NCBI GenBank assembly: GCA_023898565.1
Contig: CP060228.1
Span: forward strand, 25,448 to 89,447
Source of the DNA: Candidatus Nomurabacteria bacterium
GTDB taxonomy: Bacteria; Patescibacteriota; Minisyncoccia; Phycocordibacterales; UBA918
DNA: 64,000 nt
Direction of reading: 5' to 3'
The notes beneath the pieces were generated by a model. It was not told the origin of the DNA, did no database searches, and saw only the letters and a list, made by a program, of their open reading frames with translations. Numbering within the stretch: the first letter of the stretch is position 1; every line of letters begins with the position of its first letter. The translations under genes were made by a program, and so were the position numbers. This document shows, piece by piece, positions 9,099 through 17,947 of this stretch.

Positions 9099-9638
9099 AT
9101 GAATAAGTTAGTCGCCCAAAACCACCCAGCTCTCCATAGTATTGCTGAGGAAATCACTCCCGAAGAATTTGCTGACGGCTCAGTCGCCAAGATTCTCGCT
9201 GGCATGCGCAAAGCTATCAAAACCTACGATGTAGACGGCTACGCAGCTGTTGCAATTGCAGCACCACAAGTCGGTGTCGCCAAGCGGATGTTTTTGGTAG
9301 AAGATCAAAACCAAGACCGTGATGAAGCCTTACCTACCGTCATCGCAATTAACCCGCGGATTGTAAAATACTCTAAGAAAGTCCATGAAGTGGGTGAAGG
9401 TTGTCTCTCCGTACCGAATAAATACGGCGTGGTTGAGCGCCACAAAAATGTCGTACTAGAAGCGCTCGACGAGCATGGTCAGCCATTTTCTCGCGGGGCC
9501 GGCGGCCTCTTGGCACAAATTTTCCAACACGAATGCGATCATCTCGACGGCACACTCTTTATCGACCGCGCTGTAGAGACCTGGCATAAAGACGACCGCC
9601 CAGCTGGTATAACCGAAGCCGAAGATGAACAAAATTAA
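9099..9638 (+). CDS. def: Peptide deformylase
   Basis: Motifs GVAIAAPQ, EGCLSVP, QHECDHLDG. Start chosen at MNKLVAQ. Confidence 0.9.
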   Translation: MNKLVAQNHPALHSIAEEITPEEFADGSVAKILAGMRKAIKTYDVDGYAAVAIAAPQVGVAKRMFLVEDQNQDRDEALPTVIAINPRIVKYSKKVHEVGEGCLSVPNKYGVVERHKNVVLEALDEHGQPFSRGAGGLLAQIFQHECDHLDGTLFIDRAVETWHKDDRPAGITEAEDEQN

Positions 9639-10497
9639 ATTTGCCTATTTTGGTGGTGAACCACTTGGCGTGCCAGTCCTTGAAGCGCTTAAGGCGGCCG
9701 ATTTACTCCCATCACTCATTGTTTGCAACCCCGATCGGCCGAGCGGTCGCGGTCACATGCTCACACCGCCCCCAGTCAAAGTCTGGGCGGAAGAAAATGG
9801 GATCGAAGTCTTTCAACCAACCAACTACAAGGATGACGTCGCGAAATCACGCCTAGAAGCAGAAGACTGGGATGTCTTTGTGGTGGTAGCCTATAATTTC
9901 ATTTTGCCGGAATGGTTTTTGCACCTCCCAAAGCACCAAACTCTCAATGTACACCCCTCACTTTTACCAAAGCTGCGTGGCGCCAGTCCGATTCGCACGG
10001 CAATTTTAAAAGATTTGCGTGAAGATATTGGTGTGACAGTAATGTTGCTCGACAGTGAGATGGATCATGGGCCAATTCTCGACCAGGAGCAGGTCTATAT
10101 AGAGGACGAGAATTGGCCCCTCTCAGGACCTAACCTCGACCAACTTCTGGCCACCACTGGCGGCGAACTCTTGGCCGAAATTATTCCTGCCTGGGTAGCT
10201 GGCGAACTCTCTCCACAAGAACAAGACCACGAACTCGCCACCTACTGCTCACGCTTTGAAAAAGGTCAGAATGAACTTACTATAGACCCGACGCGACTGC
10301 CTGCTGGAGATAAAGCTTGGAACATGTGGCTAAAAATCAACGCCTTTACCGGTATCGGCGACACTTTCTTCATGCACGAAGGCAAGCGCATCAAAATCAA
10401 AGCAGCCCGCTTCGAGAACAATTCCCTCCAGATTCTTCGAGTCATTCCTGAAGGCAAGAAAGAAATAGATTTTAGTGAGTATTTGAAACAAATATAA
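9625..10497 (+). CDS. fmt: Methionyl-tRNA formyltransferase
   Basis: N-terminal Rossmann region IKFAYFGGEPLGVPVLEAL, NVHPSLLPKLRGASPI. Overlaps the end of def by 14 nt in the classic def-fmt arrangement. Confidence 0.9.
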   Translation: MNKIKFAYFGGEPLGVPVLEALKAADLLPSLIVCNPDRPSGRGHMLTPPPVKVWAEENGIEVFQPTNYKDDVAKSRLEAEDWDVFVVVAYNFILPEWFLHLPKHQTLNVHPSLLPKLRGASPIRTAILKDLREDIGVTVMLLDSEMDHGPILDQEQVYIEDENWPLSGPNLDQLLATTGGELLAEIIPAWVAGELSPQEQDHELATYCSRFEKGQNELTIDPTRLPAGDKAWNMWLKINAFTGIGDTFFMHEGKRIKIKAARFENNSLQILRVIPEGKKEIDFSEYLKQI

Positions 10498-10500
10498 CAA

Positions 10501-10536
10501 AAAGCGGCGGGCCCTTCGGGCCCGCCGCTTTTTGTT
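10501..10536. terminator. Bidirectional rho-independent terminator between fmt (+) and hpf (-)
   Basis: aaagcggcgggccc ttcg ggcccgccgcttttt. Confidence 0.8.
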
Positions 10537-10546
10537 ATTACACTCC

Positions 10547-10915
10547 TTACACTTCAGCCGACATCATTTGCTCCTTCGCTTCTCGGCCACCTTGTTTTAC
10601 CAAAGTTTCCTGCTTATCTTTTGCGCGGCGCAATTCCTTATCTAGCTCATCTCGTACTTCGTCGATTGCCTTCTCAAAACTTTCTTCAGTTGCCTCAGCT
10701 CGATAAAGCGTACCCTCAAGCTGCAGATTCACCTCCACCCGGTACACCGCACCATTCTGCTGCGGAGCAACTTTCTGAAATTCAACATCACACGAAGCTG
10801 ACCCAACGCCATGCATGTATTTTTCTAGCGAAGCGCACTTTTGCTCAACAATTGTCGTGAGCTCCTGCGCTTCATGCAGATCATTAAATTTATAGTTGAT
10901 AGTTGGGAATGCCAT
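10547..10915 (-). CDS. hpf: Ribosome hibernation promoting factor / RaiA family (short form)
   Basis: MAFPTINYKFNDLHEAQELTTIVEQKCASLEKY...VYRVEVNLQLEG matches the HPF beta-alpha-beta-beta-beta-alpha fold. Start at MAFP avoids overlap with the upstream gene. Confidence 0.75.
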   Translation of the reverse strand: MAFPTINYKFNDLHEAQELTTIVEQKCASLEKYMHGVGSASCDVEFQKVAPQQNGAVYRVEVNLQLEGTLYRAEATEESFEKAIDEVRDELDKELRRAKDKQETLVKQGGREAKEQMMSAEV

Positions 10916-10937
10916 ATGCAGTATATGTCTTAGACTA

Positions 10938-11252
10938 TTAACCCTCGCATGATTCGCAGGTAGATCCACCCACGTGTACACGCGGCTTAGTTACCGCAGC
11001 TTCACTTGCTCCAGAACCAACATAATTTTCTCGCAAGTAATCAATGATGTCACTTGATTCCAACATCGACACGCTCTTTTCACTATCCACCAAAAATGGC
11101 ACCTGTGTCCCTCCAGATTTTTCCTCAAGCTCAGCCAGTGCCGTTCCGTCTTCTGTAATATCTTTCAGCTCGAGGGTAACGCCCAGATTCTCAGCCATTT
11201 GCATAACGCGCTGACAAAATGGACAAGTTGACTTCATGTACAGTGTTAACAT
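10938..11252 (-). CDS. Glutaredoxin / NrdH-like thiol-disulfide oxidoreductase
   Basis: LYMKSTCPFCQRV CPFC active site and the thioredoxin-fold order. Confidence 0.75.
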   Translation of the reverse strand: MLTLYMKSTCPFCQRVMQMAENLGVTLELKDITEDGTALAELEEKSGGTQVPFLVDSEKSVSMLESSDIIDYLRENYVGSGASEAAVTKPRVHVGGSTCESCEG

Positions 11253-11356
11253 GTTCTCATTGATTGATTAATTGGTAACCTCACACAGTATACTACGCGC
11301 TAAGCCATCCTCCCATTTCAAAGCCAAATCAGAAACATATACCGCTCGTGTCAAAT

Positions 11357-11385
11357 GAAAAACCGTTCCCAAGGGAACGGTTTTA
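11357..11385. terminator. Bidirectional hairpin terminator
   Basis: aaaaaccgttccc aa gggaacggtttt. Confidence 0.7.
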
Positions 11386-11400
11386 TTGAAAGAGCATCTC

Positions 11401-11568
11401 TCAATCGTCGCGAAGCGGCACTTTACCTTGCCGATTCAGCCAGTGTAGCACAACAGCCACCACGATGATAAGAACGAGAAGGCTGAGCAGTACATCGGGC
11501 ATGGCAGAGGAATCCGCAGCTTGCGTAACGGCATGCGCTACGACGCTGTCATGAGTCATATGATACAT
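11401..11568 (-). CDS. Small single-TM membrane protein (55 aa), not in the ORF track
   Basis: RBS aaaggagaggtg then ATG. MYHMTHDSVVAHAVTQAADSSAMPDVLLSLLVLIIVVAVVLHWLNRQGKVPLRDD. The terminator lies immediately downstream. Confidence 0.4.
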   Translation of the reverse strand: MYHMTHDSVVAHAVTQAADSSAMPDVLLSLLVLIIVVAVVLHWLNRQGKVPLRDD

Positions 11569-11624
11569 TCCACACCTCTCCTTTGTGAACGAACGGTTAA
11601 ATTATGCATTGTTTAACAAATGTG

Positions 11625-12110
11625 TCAATAGTACTCGTCAGAATCGTCGGTTGTGCGCTTTGCGGCACATTGCGCTTGATACATACGCTCGTATGCAGCG
11701 TTACTTCCCTTGCCCCAGTAGTCGTGCAAGATTCCACAATCCGGGCAACACTCCACTGAGACCGTCTGGAAATACCGAGGTCCATGGCAGTTTGGACAGC
11801 GCTGATTACCTGAATTTTCAAGGACAGAACCCGTATCAGTGTAGCCATTTTGTTTGCGAGGGAACCGCGGCATACCATCCACAGTCACAGTCAGATCTCC
11901 ATACCTAACCGACGCAATGACGACCCCATGTGCAGCAGGACAATCAAGTACTGCTTGCCCAAAAGCTTGCACGTCAGACACGTCGCGCGCGGCTAACAAT
12001 CGTCCGATTGCAATCGCTTTGCTGGAACCATGCACGTATCTTGCGTGATTACCGGCAAAATATGCACAGTATCCAAATGACCGCTGCAACCAAAAAATTT
12101 TTTGCGCCAT
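11625..12110 (-). CDS. Hypothetical cysteine-rich (zinc-ribbon-like) protein
   Basis: Strong RBS aaaggagg before MAQKIFW. Cys cluster CPNCHGP...CCPDCG. No family recognised. Confidence 0.5.
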   Translation of the reverse strand: MAQKIFWLQRSFGYCAYFAGNHARYVHGSSKAIAIGRLLAARDVSDVQAFGQAVLDCPAAHGVVIASVRYGDLTVTVDGMPRFPRKQNGYTDTGSVLENSGNQRCPNCHGPRYFQTVSVECCPDCGILHDYWGKGSNAAYERMYQAQCAAKRTTDDSDEYY

Positions 12111-12255
12111 CTGATAACCTCCTTTCCAAGTTTCTGTCTTCAGCTTGTCCCCTCTAACGCAAAATGTCAATGCACTTTGCTAGACGCGATGGCGATGCAC
12201 TTACACAAACTCAAATTAACATTTAACGGTGAGCCAATTACCCGAGCCGCTGCAC

Positions 12256-12287
12256 TCAAAAAAAAAGAACGGTTGGAACCGTTCTTT
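12256..12287 (-). terminator. rho-independent terminator of the 12292-12621 gene
   Basis: aaagaacggtt gg aaccgttcttt preceded by an A-run (a U-run on the minus strand). Confidence 0.7.
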
Positions 12288-12291
12288 GAAT

Positions 12292-12621
12292 TTAACGCAG
12301 CCTGCCAGCCACCTTTTTAACAGCAGCGGTACGGGCCAAGCGACGGCGTGACTGGTGATACAGATTGTACAAACGTATCTGCCCCGCCCCTTCCTGCACA
12401 TACACACGAAACCGCGTACGATACTCAGATTTCTTCAACCGCGTGACAATCGTATGATCAGACACCTGATACGCCCCAACCACTTCGCACCCCGTGTCGG
12501 TCACAAAGGCACGCTGCTCAAGCGTATAGCTCGACATCCCGAGATCATTCAGAAATTGTGCGATCAGCTCATTTGCCCCATCATCACACGGCTCAATAAA
12601 ATACCGATACTCACTAGCCAT
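12292..12621 (-). CDS. Hypothetical protein
   Basis: RBS ggagag before MASEYRYF. Basic C-terminal tail. Confidence 0.45.
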   Translation of the reverse strand: MASEYRYFIEPCDDGANELIAQFLNDLGMSSYTLEQRAFVTDTGCEVVGAYQVSDHTIVTRLKKSEYRTRFRVYVQEGAGQIRLYNLYHQSRRRLARTAAVKKVAGRLR

Positions 12622-12735
12622 TTGTCTCTCCAGCAAGAACAATGCAAATTATACTATGTAATAATACGAAAAATTAGTCAAACAAAACCTGTCTCGTTAA
12701 TACTTGTTATACTGGGGACATTACATAATTTTCCT

Positions 12736-13899
12736 ATGAAATTTTCATCTACTGAAATTGAAGCAATTCGAAGCACTCCCACCGCAGAAGTAATTGCGCG
12801 TCAGGGTGATTATGAAACCATCCTGACGCGCCTTAAAGAGCACAACCATCTCACTGAACTCGTAACAAAGGCAAAAGAAGAATTTGGTGAACGTATTTCT
12901 GAACCATGGCTCACAGAAGCAGACTGGGAAATGCTGGCCGTACTGGGTGCTTTTGACCGCACTACACTCCTGCACTCAATCGGTGTCTACGAGATTGCTG
13001 CGCGAAAAGTGCGTGAAAATCTCATCGGACCTGACGGTACAGTGCGAAACATAGAACAACTAATTGCTGCTGAGGGTGTTTCTATGCCTGTGTTTTTGCA
13101 TGCTTGTCTCTTTCACGATATTGGCAAAATTGAGGTGCCATACGAAGTGCTCATGAACCAGCTTACTGAATCAGAGTGGGAGACTTGCTTAGAACGTGCA
13201 CTCGATTCAACTGACCGAAACTCGATACTTCGCAAACTCAACCTCAACCCTGAGGAGGCTCACACGACAGAGACCGTCACCACCACACTCAAAGAGCAGT
13301 GGCTCCGACCAATTTCAGTCGTACCGGCGCGTATCGCTATAACTGAAGCTGAGTTGGCAGCCCTTATTGAACGCGGCTACACCGGCGAAGAAACACTAGC
13401 TGAAATTATCGCTAGTCATGAAACATACTCCGCTCATATCCTGAGCGCTCAGGGCTATCACATTGAAGCTGAGCTAGCCGGACACCATCACAACCTACAT
13501 CGTGAGAAGCTGCGGTACCCACAAAGTACTGAGGCTTTGCGCATTAGTGCGGTTACTTTGGGCGAAAATGCTATCGGTCTCTTGCATGCCGCTGATGTGG
13601 AGGAGGCTCTCACCAGCGCGCATCGCTCCTACAAACAATCACTCTCGCTATTGCACTCACTCGACATTTTAGTTGATCACGCCAGACACCATCAGCTCGA
13701 CACCCACCTAGCCTATTCATGGATTCGTAGCGAACTCCACGGCACCAGCGACACCACCACCGAAACTGTTGGGCTTATCGACAGCTTTTCTGGTAGCAGC
13801 GAAGATGATCCAGAAGCGCTCCAGGAGCTAACGTATCTCAATGACATAAACGCGTTCTTGGCGGAGGTGGAACATGAGCTCCTCGCCAATCGTACATAA
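12736..13899 (+). CDS. HD-domain metal-dependent phosphohydrolase family protein
   Basis: HACLFHDIGK HD motif. Start at MKFSSTEIE, because the longer ORF prefix overlaps the divergent gene. Confidence 0.6.
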   Translation: MKFSSTEIEAIRSTPTAEVIARQGDYETILTRLKEHNHLTELVTKAKEEFGERISEPWLTEADWEMLAVLGAFDRTTLLHSIGVYEIAARKVRENLIGPDGTVRNIEQLIAAEGVSMPVFLHACLFHDIGKIEVPYEVLMNQLTESEWETCLERALDSTDRNSILRKLNLNPEEAHTTETVTTTLKEQWLRPISVVPARIAITEAELAALIERGYTGEETLAEIIASHETYSAHILSAQGYHIEAELAGHHHNLHREKLRYPQSTEALRISAVTLGENAIGLLHAADVEEALTSAHRSYKQSLSLLHSLDILVDHARHHQLDTHLAYSWIRSELHGTSDTTTETVGLIDSFSGSSEDDPEALQELTYLNDINAFLAEVEHELLANRT

Positions 13900-13977
13900 C
13901 CACACGGCGGCTACCACTCTGCTGCAAAGCAGCCTATTTACAGAACAAACAATAGGAATATACTGATAGACAAGAGT

Positions 13978-14271
13978 GTGTCGCATGACATTCCCTCTCT
14001 ATCGTGTCTGCTTACCAGCAAATTGCAGCGATGCACTGGTCGACATTTATCAGCCCTTAACCAAACGTGGCTTATGTGGCAACAATGGATGAACTTCGTT
14101 CTCGGCCTCGTCATACTTACAGTATCCCTCTTCACTGACATGAGCAACCAGGCAACCTGGACACTCGCAGCACTAGGAGCAGCGGTGGCGGTGTTTAGTA
14201 TTTGGGGTGCGCAGGAAACAGCCGATGAGCGAGAAGAAGGTCGCATGATGCGGCATCACCGTCATGCATAA
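13978..14271 (+). CDS. Small membrane protein, hypothetical
   Basis: Two predicted TM helices. A terminator lies at 14305-14343. Confidence 0.4.
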   Translation: MSHDIPSLSCLLTSKLQRCTGRHLSALNQTWLMWQQWMNFVLGLVILTVSLFTDMSNQATWTLAALGAAVAVFSIWGAQETADEREEGRMMRHHRHA

Positions 14272-14304
14272 TGATTCTGGGTATGGATAATGTAGAGCAT
14301 TAAG

Positions 14305-14343
14305 CCGCCGCCAGCATAGCTGGCGGCGGCTTCATTCGTTTTT
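14305..14343 (+). terminator. rho-independent terminator
   Basis: gccgccgccagc atagc tggcggcggc then ttcattcgttttt. Confidence 0.75.
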
Positions 14344-14349
14344 CCCTAC

Positions 14350-14383
14350 CAAAAATAAAGACGCCTTTCTCTGAAAGGCGTCT
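14350..14383 (-). terminator. rho-independent terminator of the BI-1 family gene
   Basis: agacgcctttc tc tgaaaggcgtct followed by a U-run on the minus strand. Confidence 0.7.
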
Positions 14384-14398
14384 TAGCTTAGTCGGACA

Positions 14399-15139
14399 TT
14401 ACTTTCTCTGTCCAAACAGGCGCAATAGATGAATGAGCATGTTGATGAAGTCGAGGTACAGCGTCAGCGCACCGTAGACCGCCAATCCCGGCGACCAACC
14501 CTCTTCGTCATACATCGCACGAAGCTTCTGCATGTCAAAAGCGGTCAAGCCAATGAAGAGCAGGACCGCTGCTCCGCTCACCAGCATGTCCATCATCGGA
14601 GATGAAAAGAACATGTTGACGACCAACACAATCAATAACCCGATAAGGGCCTGCATGAAAAATCCTTGCAGCGACAGAAGACTGCGTTTCGTAACATGCC
14701 CCCAATACGCAGAACAGCCGAATGTGCCAGCAGTGATGAAGAAGACCTTTGCCACGCTCGCTTCGGTGTACATGTACAAGACCGGTGCCAAGGTGAAGCC
14801 ATTGAGTGCAGCATATACCGCAAACAAGAACACCGCCATGCCGAAACCAATTCTTTTGGAAGCACCGAATGTTGCCAAAACAACAACCAGCACCAACTCG
14901 AGAATCGCCGCAGTCCACCACAGCCCTGAAGCGCCGAACTTCTGCACGGTTTCACCATCATCATTGACGACCTCCGTGAGATGTGTGAGCGAGGCAAATA
15001 GCACTTCGTTGCCCTGAACATAGTTTGCGACCAGAGCGGTCACAAGCAATCCAGCGGCCATGATCCAGAACGTGTAAAGAAAGAACAGCCGAAGACCATC
15101 TTCATGGCTTCTTGCTTGCACACCAGAAATGTCGTTCAT
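14399..15139 (-). CDS. Bax inhibitor-1/YccA (TMBIM) family membrane protein
   Basis: Seven-TM pattern with C-terminal LTAFDMQKLRAMYDEEG...YLDFINMLIHLLRLFG typical of BI-1/YccA. Start at MNDISGV. Confidence 0.7.
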   Translation of the reverse strand: MNDISGVQARSHEDGLRLFFLYTFWIMAAGLLVTALVANYVQGNEVLFASLTHLTEVVNDDGETVQKFGASGLWWTAAILELVLVVVLATFGASKRIGFGMAVFLFAVYAALNGFTLAPVLYMYTEASVAKVFFITAGTFGCSAYWGHVTKRSLLSLQGFFMQALIGLLIVLVVNMFFSSPMMDMLVSGAAVLLFIGLTAFDMQKLRAMYDEEGWSPGLAVYGALTLYLDFINMLIHLLRLFGQRK

Positions 15140-15473
15140 CTGTAACTCCTTTTGTAACGATGAGTAATACCCCGATGTTGGGCTATCTGTTTTTATGATA
15201 CAATTATTTTTCGGTAAGTCAATATTATCTATCACACTCGTCACCACGCCTCTCTGCACAGTATCGATTGTTGCCACATAGATTTTCTACATCGTCATCC
15301 TCGCAGTAAACGCCCGCTCGGCTTTCGCAAAGGGAACCTCCGTATCTGCGACATTTCTAATTGGCAGATTAATATACGTGTTTTTCATATACAAAGCATA
15401 CCGGACACACCAACCAAAGCTATGCTCTAAAAAAAGAAAACCGCTTCCGTAGAATTGGTTTTCTAGAAAGCGG

Positions 15474-16088
15474 TTAGTACCACTCATTGAGCGGAATCTT
15501 TTCATTAATCCTTCGCCACACCAAAGGCGCAGCGACCGACCAAGAGCCGATGAACATGTACCCTGGCAAAGCCCAATTGACCACCGTATGATCAGAAATG
15601 GCAAAACCGGTTACTCCATACCCGAGACCGAAGACGAGCCACGCCCCGGGCTTGTCTGACATTGGCTTCTTAAATGCCTGCTCTAGAGTAGGCCAAAGCG
15701 CAAGAACATCCACCCCAATCATCCAGTACAAAGACCACTGAGCCAGCTCGGGCTGATCCTTAAGAGCAAACCAGAGCACGTAACCAACAATCGCAAACAC
15801 CAGGCAAGCTTTTTCTCGGCGCGTGAGCGTGTAGACGCGATTAGTTTCTCGAAGCAAAACAATCACAAAAATGATGACCGGCGCTACTGCACTGACCAAT
15901 GCTGCGTAGTAGACCTCTTTTGCCTCTGAAGCTTCAGCGGTCAGGAAAAGGGCCACCCCTACCACCGCCCACACAAAGAAACTCACCGGATTGGGATACA
16001 CCTCCCGTTTCCAAGCCAGCACTGCGTAGCGAATACCCCAGACCGCCAAGACGAGAGCGGAAACCACCGTCCAATTAATAGCGTTCAC
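15474..16088 (-). CDS. Polytopic membrane protein, hypothetical (GTG start after RBS aggag)
   Basis: Six predicted TM segments. Promoter and repeat A lie upstream. Confidence 0.5.
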   Translation of the reverse strand: MNAINWTVVSALVLAVWGIRYAVLAWKREVYPNPVSFFVWAVVGVALFLTAEASEAKEVYYAALVSAVAPVIIFVIVLLRETNRVYTLTRREKACLVFAIVGYVLWFALKDQPELAQWSLYWMIGVDVLALWPTLEQAFKKPMSDKPGAWLVFGLGYGVTGFAISDHTVVNWALPGYMFIGSWSVAAPLVWRRINEKIPLNEWY

Positions 16089-16125
16089 TTAGTTCTCCTT
16101 CAGGTTCAATAACAAACTAAATAAA

Positions 16126-16153
16126 ATAATACAATTATATTTAGTAATGTCAA
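16126..16153 (-). promoter_or_regulatory. sigma70-like promoter (TTGACA, 16-nt spacer, TATTAT) for the 15474-16088 gene
   Basis: Minus-sense sequence ttgacattactaaatataattgtattat. Confidence 0.45.
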
Positions 16154-16265
16154 TTACTTTGAAGCATTACAAAGCTTGGCTACCTCAATCGAGTATCATT
16201 AAAATAATACAAAAGTCCGTACGAAATGCTCGCACGGACCCCTGTAAATGCTTCTTTTTCTGATT

Positions 16266-16360
16266 TGCTCCGCGTACTGGACGAGTTTCGAACATTAGAC
16301 TGGTTGGGTATTGAAAAAGATTTGCGGTTCGTTGAGTTTGCAAAATGAAAAAGCCGCCCC
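16266..16360 (-). repeat. Repeat copy A of a ~90-nt intergenic element related to the tRNA-Asn 3' end
   Basis: Shares tttgctccgcg...tttcgaac...caaaatgaaaa with copy B. There is an 11-nt identity with the tRNA-Asn 3' end plus its flank. Confidence 0.6.
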
Positions 16361-16407
16361 TTCGTTCGAGACGAAAGATTGGCTTCCCCGTCCCGCCAAA
16401 GTGGCGA

Positions 16408-16731
16408 CTAGCCGATAGCTATACCGACTGCAAGACCTGTAGCGAAGTTTGAGCCGTCATCCTCTGCAGCTTCCTGGATTGATTCGAGTTCCTCGTGATC
16501 CAGCCAGACGCCACTGCACTTTGGACAGCGATCGATAATGATGACTCCATCAAGGATGGGTTCCTTTTTCATCGCCATACCATCGACAGGGCAGTTCCTC
16601 ACTTCTTCGCCCTGCATTCGCAACTCGATTTCACAATCCGAGCAGATTGGATTTCCAGACTCATCCTTGCGACGAGTTCTATTCTCGCCACAGTTTTGAC
16701 AGGTTTCCTTCGATTTGAATAGACCGAACAT
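16408..16731 (-). CDS. Zinc-ribbon protein (zf-TFIIB-like) with a hydrophobic C-terminal tail
   Basis: CQNCG...CSDC and CPVDGMAMKKEPILDGVIIIDRCPKCSGVWLDHEEL match the zf-TFIIB (PF13453-like) pattern. Confidence 0.55.
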   Translation of the reverse strand: MFGLFKSKETCQNCGENRTRRKDESGNPICSDCEIELRMQGEEVRNCPVDGMAMKKEPILDGVIIIDRCPKCSGVWLDHEELESIQEAAEDDGSNFATGLAVGIAIG

Positions 16732-16762
16732 TTGCGCCTCCTAAGACGTTGAATTCAAATCG

Positions 16763-16791
16763 AATGATAGCACGTATAACTTGCTATGTCA
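16763..16791 (-). promoter_or_regulatory. sigma70-like promoter (TTGACA, 17-nt spacer, TATCAT) for the 16408-16731 gene
   Basis: Minus-sense sequence ttgacatagcaagttatacgtgctatcat, immediately downstream of repeat B. Confidence 0.45.
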
Positions 16792-16795
16792 AGTA

Positions 16796-16887
16796 ATGCT
16801 CCGCCTGTTGGATGAGTTTCGAACATTGGACTGGATAAGTATAGAAAAGGATTTGCTGTATTGTGATCTGACAAAATGAAAACCGCC
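16796..16887 (-). repeat. Repeat copy B
   Basis: tgctccgcctgttggatgagtttcgaacattggactgg...caaaatgaaaaccgccc, closely similar to copy A. Confidence 0.6.
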
Positions 16888-16911
16888 CTCCAACGGTTCT
16901 CGTTGTGGGCG
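16868..16911 (-). terminator. rho-independent terminator of the 16914-17417 gene
   Basis: ccgccc..caacg..cgttg..gggcgg nested stem followed by TTTTCATTTTG on the minus strand. Confidence 0.6.
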
Positions 16912-16913
16912 GT

Positions 16914-17417
16914 TCAGAGCAGTGGCGTTTTTGAATATTCACCACCATCTCCGATACGTCCTCGTGAAATTTCTTGAAGCTTGAGTTGATCACCTTCGGA
17001 ATTGACTCCGAAGAATGAAACATCTCCTGGGCCAAGTAGAAGCCGCACGGGTCCACGAACCTTGATTCGTGATACACCTGCCACATCGTGAGCGAGCCAA
17101 CCAATGTGCCATTCCTGGTCAACATGGGTGGGTTGCAGAACGACGTAATCCTTCCATCCTCCAAGAAGAGGGATATGAAAGAATGGCATCTTAAGCCAAA
17201 AGCGTGCTCCAGCAGATTTGTTCCCTTCGCAGAACACTTGCATATCATCCTTCAGGTGTGCAACCTGACCAGATTTCAACTTAGTGTTGTTCCAGCGATG
17301 GGTTTGCTGAGGAGTTTCTCTGAAAGTTCCTGAGATGATGTACATAATGGGAAGCATTAGCACATCAGCAATACGTTCCAACCATCCAAGAGGTTGGACG
17401 TGGATTTTGTTCAACAC
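16914..17417 (-). CDS. Hypothetical protein (GTG start after RBS aggagg)
   Basis: 167-aa ORF with host-like GC content. No family recognised. Confidence 0.45.
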   Translation of the reverse strand: MLNKIHVQPLGWLERIADVLMLPIMYIISGTFRETPQQTHRWNNTKLKSGQVAHLKDDMQVFCEGNKSAGARFWLKMPFFHIPLLGGWKDYVVLQPTHVDQEWHIGWLAHDVAGVSRIKVRGPVRLLLGPGDVSFFGVNSEGDQLKLQEISRGRIGDGGEYSKTPLL

Positions 17418-17451
17418 GACATACCTCCTGAAGGTTGTTTAGACTGGTTGT

Positions 17452-17480
17452 ATAATAAAACAGTATTTATACTGTGTCAA
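17452..17480 (-). promoter_or_regulatory. sigma70-like promoter (TTGACA, 17-nt spacer, TATTAT) for the 16914-17417 gene
   Basis: Minus-sense sequence ttgacacagtataaatactgttttattat. Confidence 0.45.
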
Positions 17481-17484
17481 GTGA

Positions 17485-17555
17485 TGCTCGCCTGGCGGGA
17501 TGCTTTCCGAAGCTATGATTGGCACAATTGCTTTGTTTCTGTTGAAAGTGACATT
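17485..17555 (-). repeat. Repeat copy C (more diverged), at the left boundary of the AT-rich island
   Basis: tgctcgcctggcgggatgctttccgaagc...ttgctttgtttctgttgaaagtgaca aligns with copies A and B. Confidence 0.45.
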
Positions 17556-17758
17556 AGAGAGATCAATAGATTAGTCGCATTGGTCTAGACCGTTTCCCTT
17601 CTCAACAATTTCAACTAAACGCAGTAATTTAGACGCTTTTTCATACGCCACATCTCGCTCTAAAGTTTCACCGTAATGCTTTTGATAGAGCTCAATAAAT
17701 TGATCTAAGTGCTCGTTAGATATTTTTGCCAAAACTATTTGATACAAAAACTCATGCT

Positions 17759-17947
17759 TTACGCATGAATTTTTTCTGCTTTATTTGATATAGTCTCCTG
17801 ATCTTCCTGCGCTCTTTTTAAAGCGCTGTTGTAGACTCGTTTGCGTTCTCGTGACTTCGTTTCAATAAAAAACTTGTACACAGGGTCAGCTGACGTCTCT
17901 GGACGCTTATAGAATAACCCTTTTATAGTTGCGACTAGGTGTGTCAT
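17759..17947 (-). CDS. Small protein (62 aa) translationally coupled downstream of the zeta-toxin-like kinase
   Basis: 4-nt ATGA overlap with the upstream gene. Basic and charged composition. Confidence 0.4.
   Translation of the reverse strand: MTHLVATIKGLFYKRPETSADPVYKFFIETKSRERKRVYNSALKRAQEDQETISNKAEKIHA

Noticed and set aside
12355-12735. 127-codon N-terminal extension of the HD-domain ORF
   Set aside because: It overlaps the divergent 12292-12621 gene and its promoter region. The HD protein has a plausible start at 12736.
16236-17560. The three ~90-nt repeats as a riboswitch or sRNA family
   Set aside because: They lie upstream of the -35 boxes rather than in 5' UTRs. They share tRNA-acceptor/T-arm-like strings with the tRNA-Asn 3' end, so att-remnant origin fits better. 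A cis-regulatory role is not excluded and is listed as the alternative in the finding.
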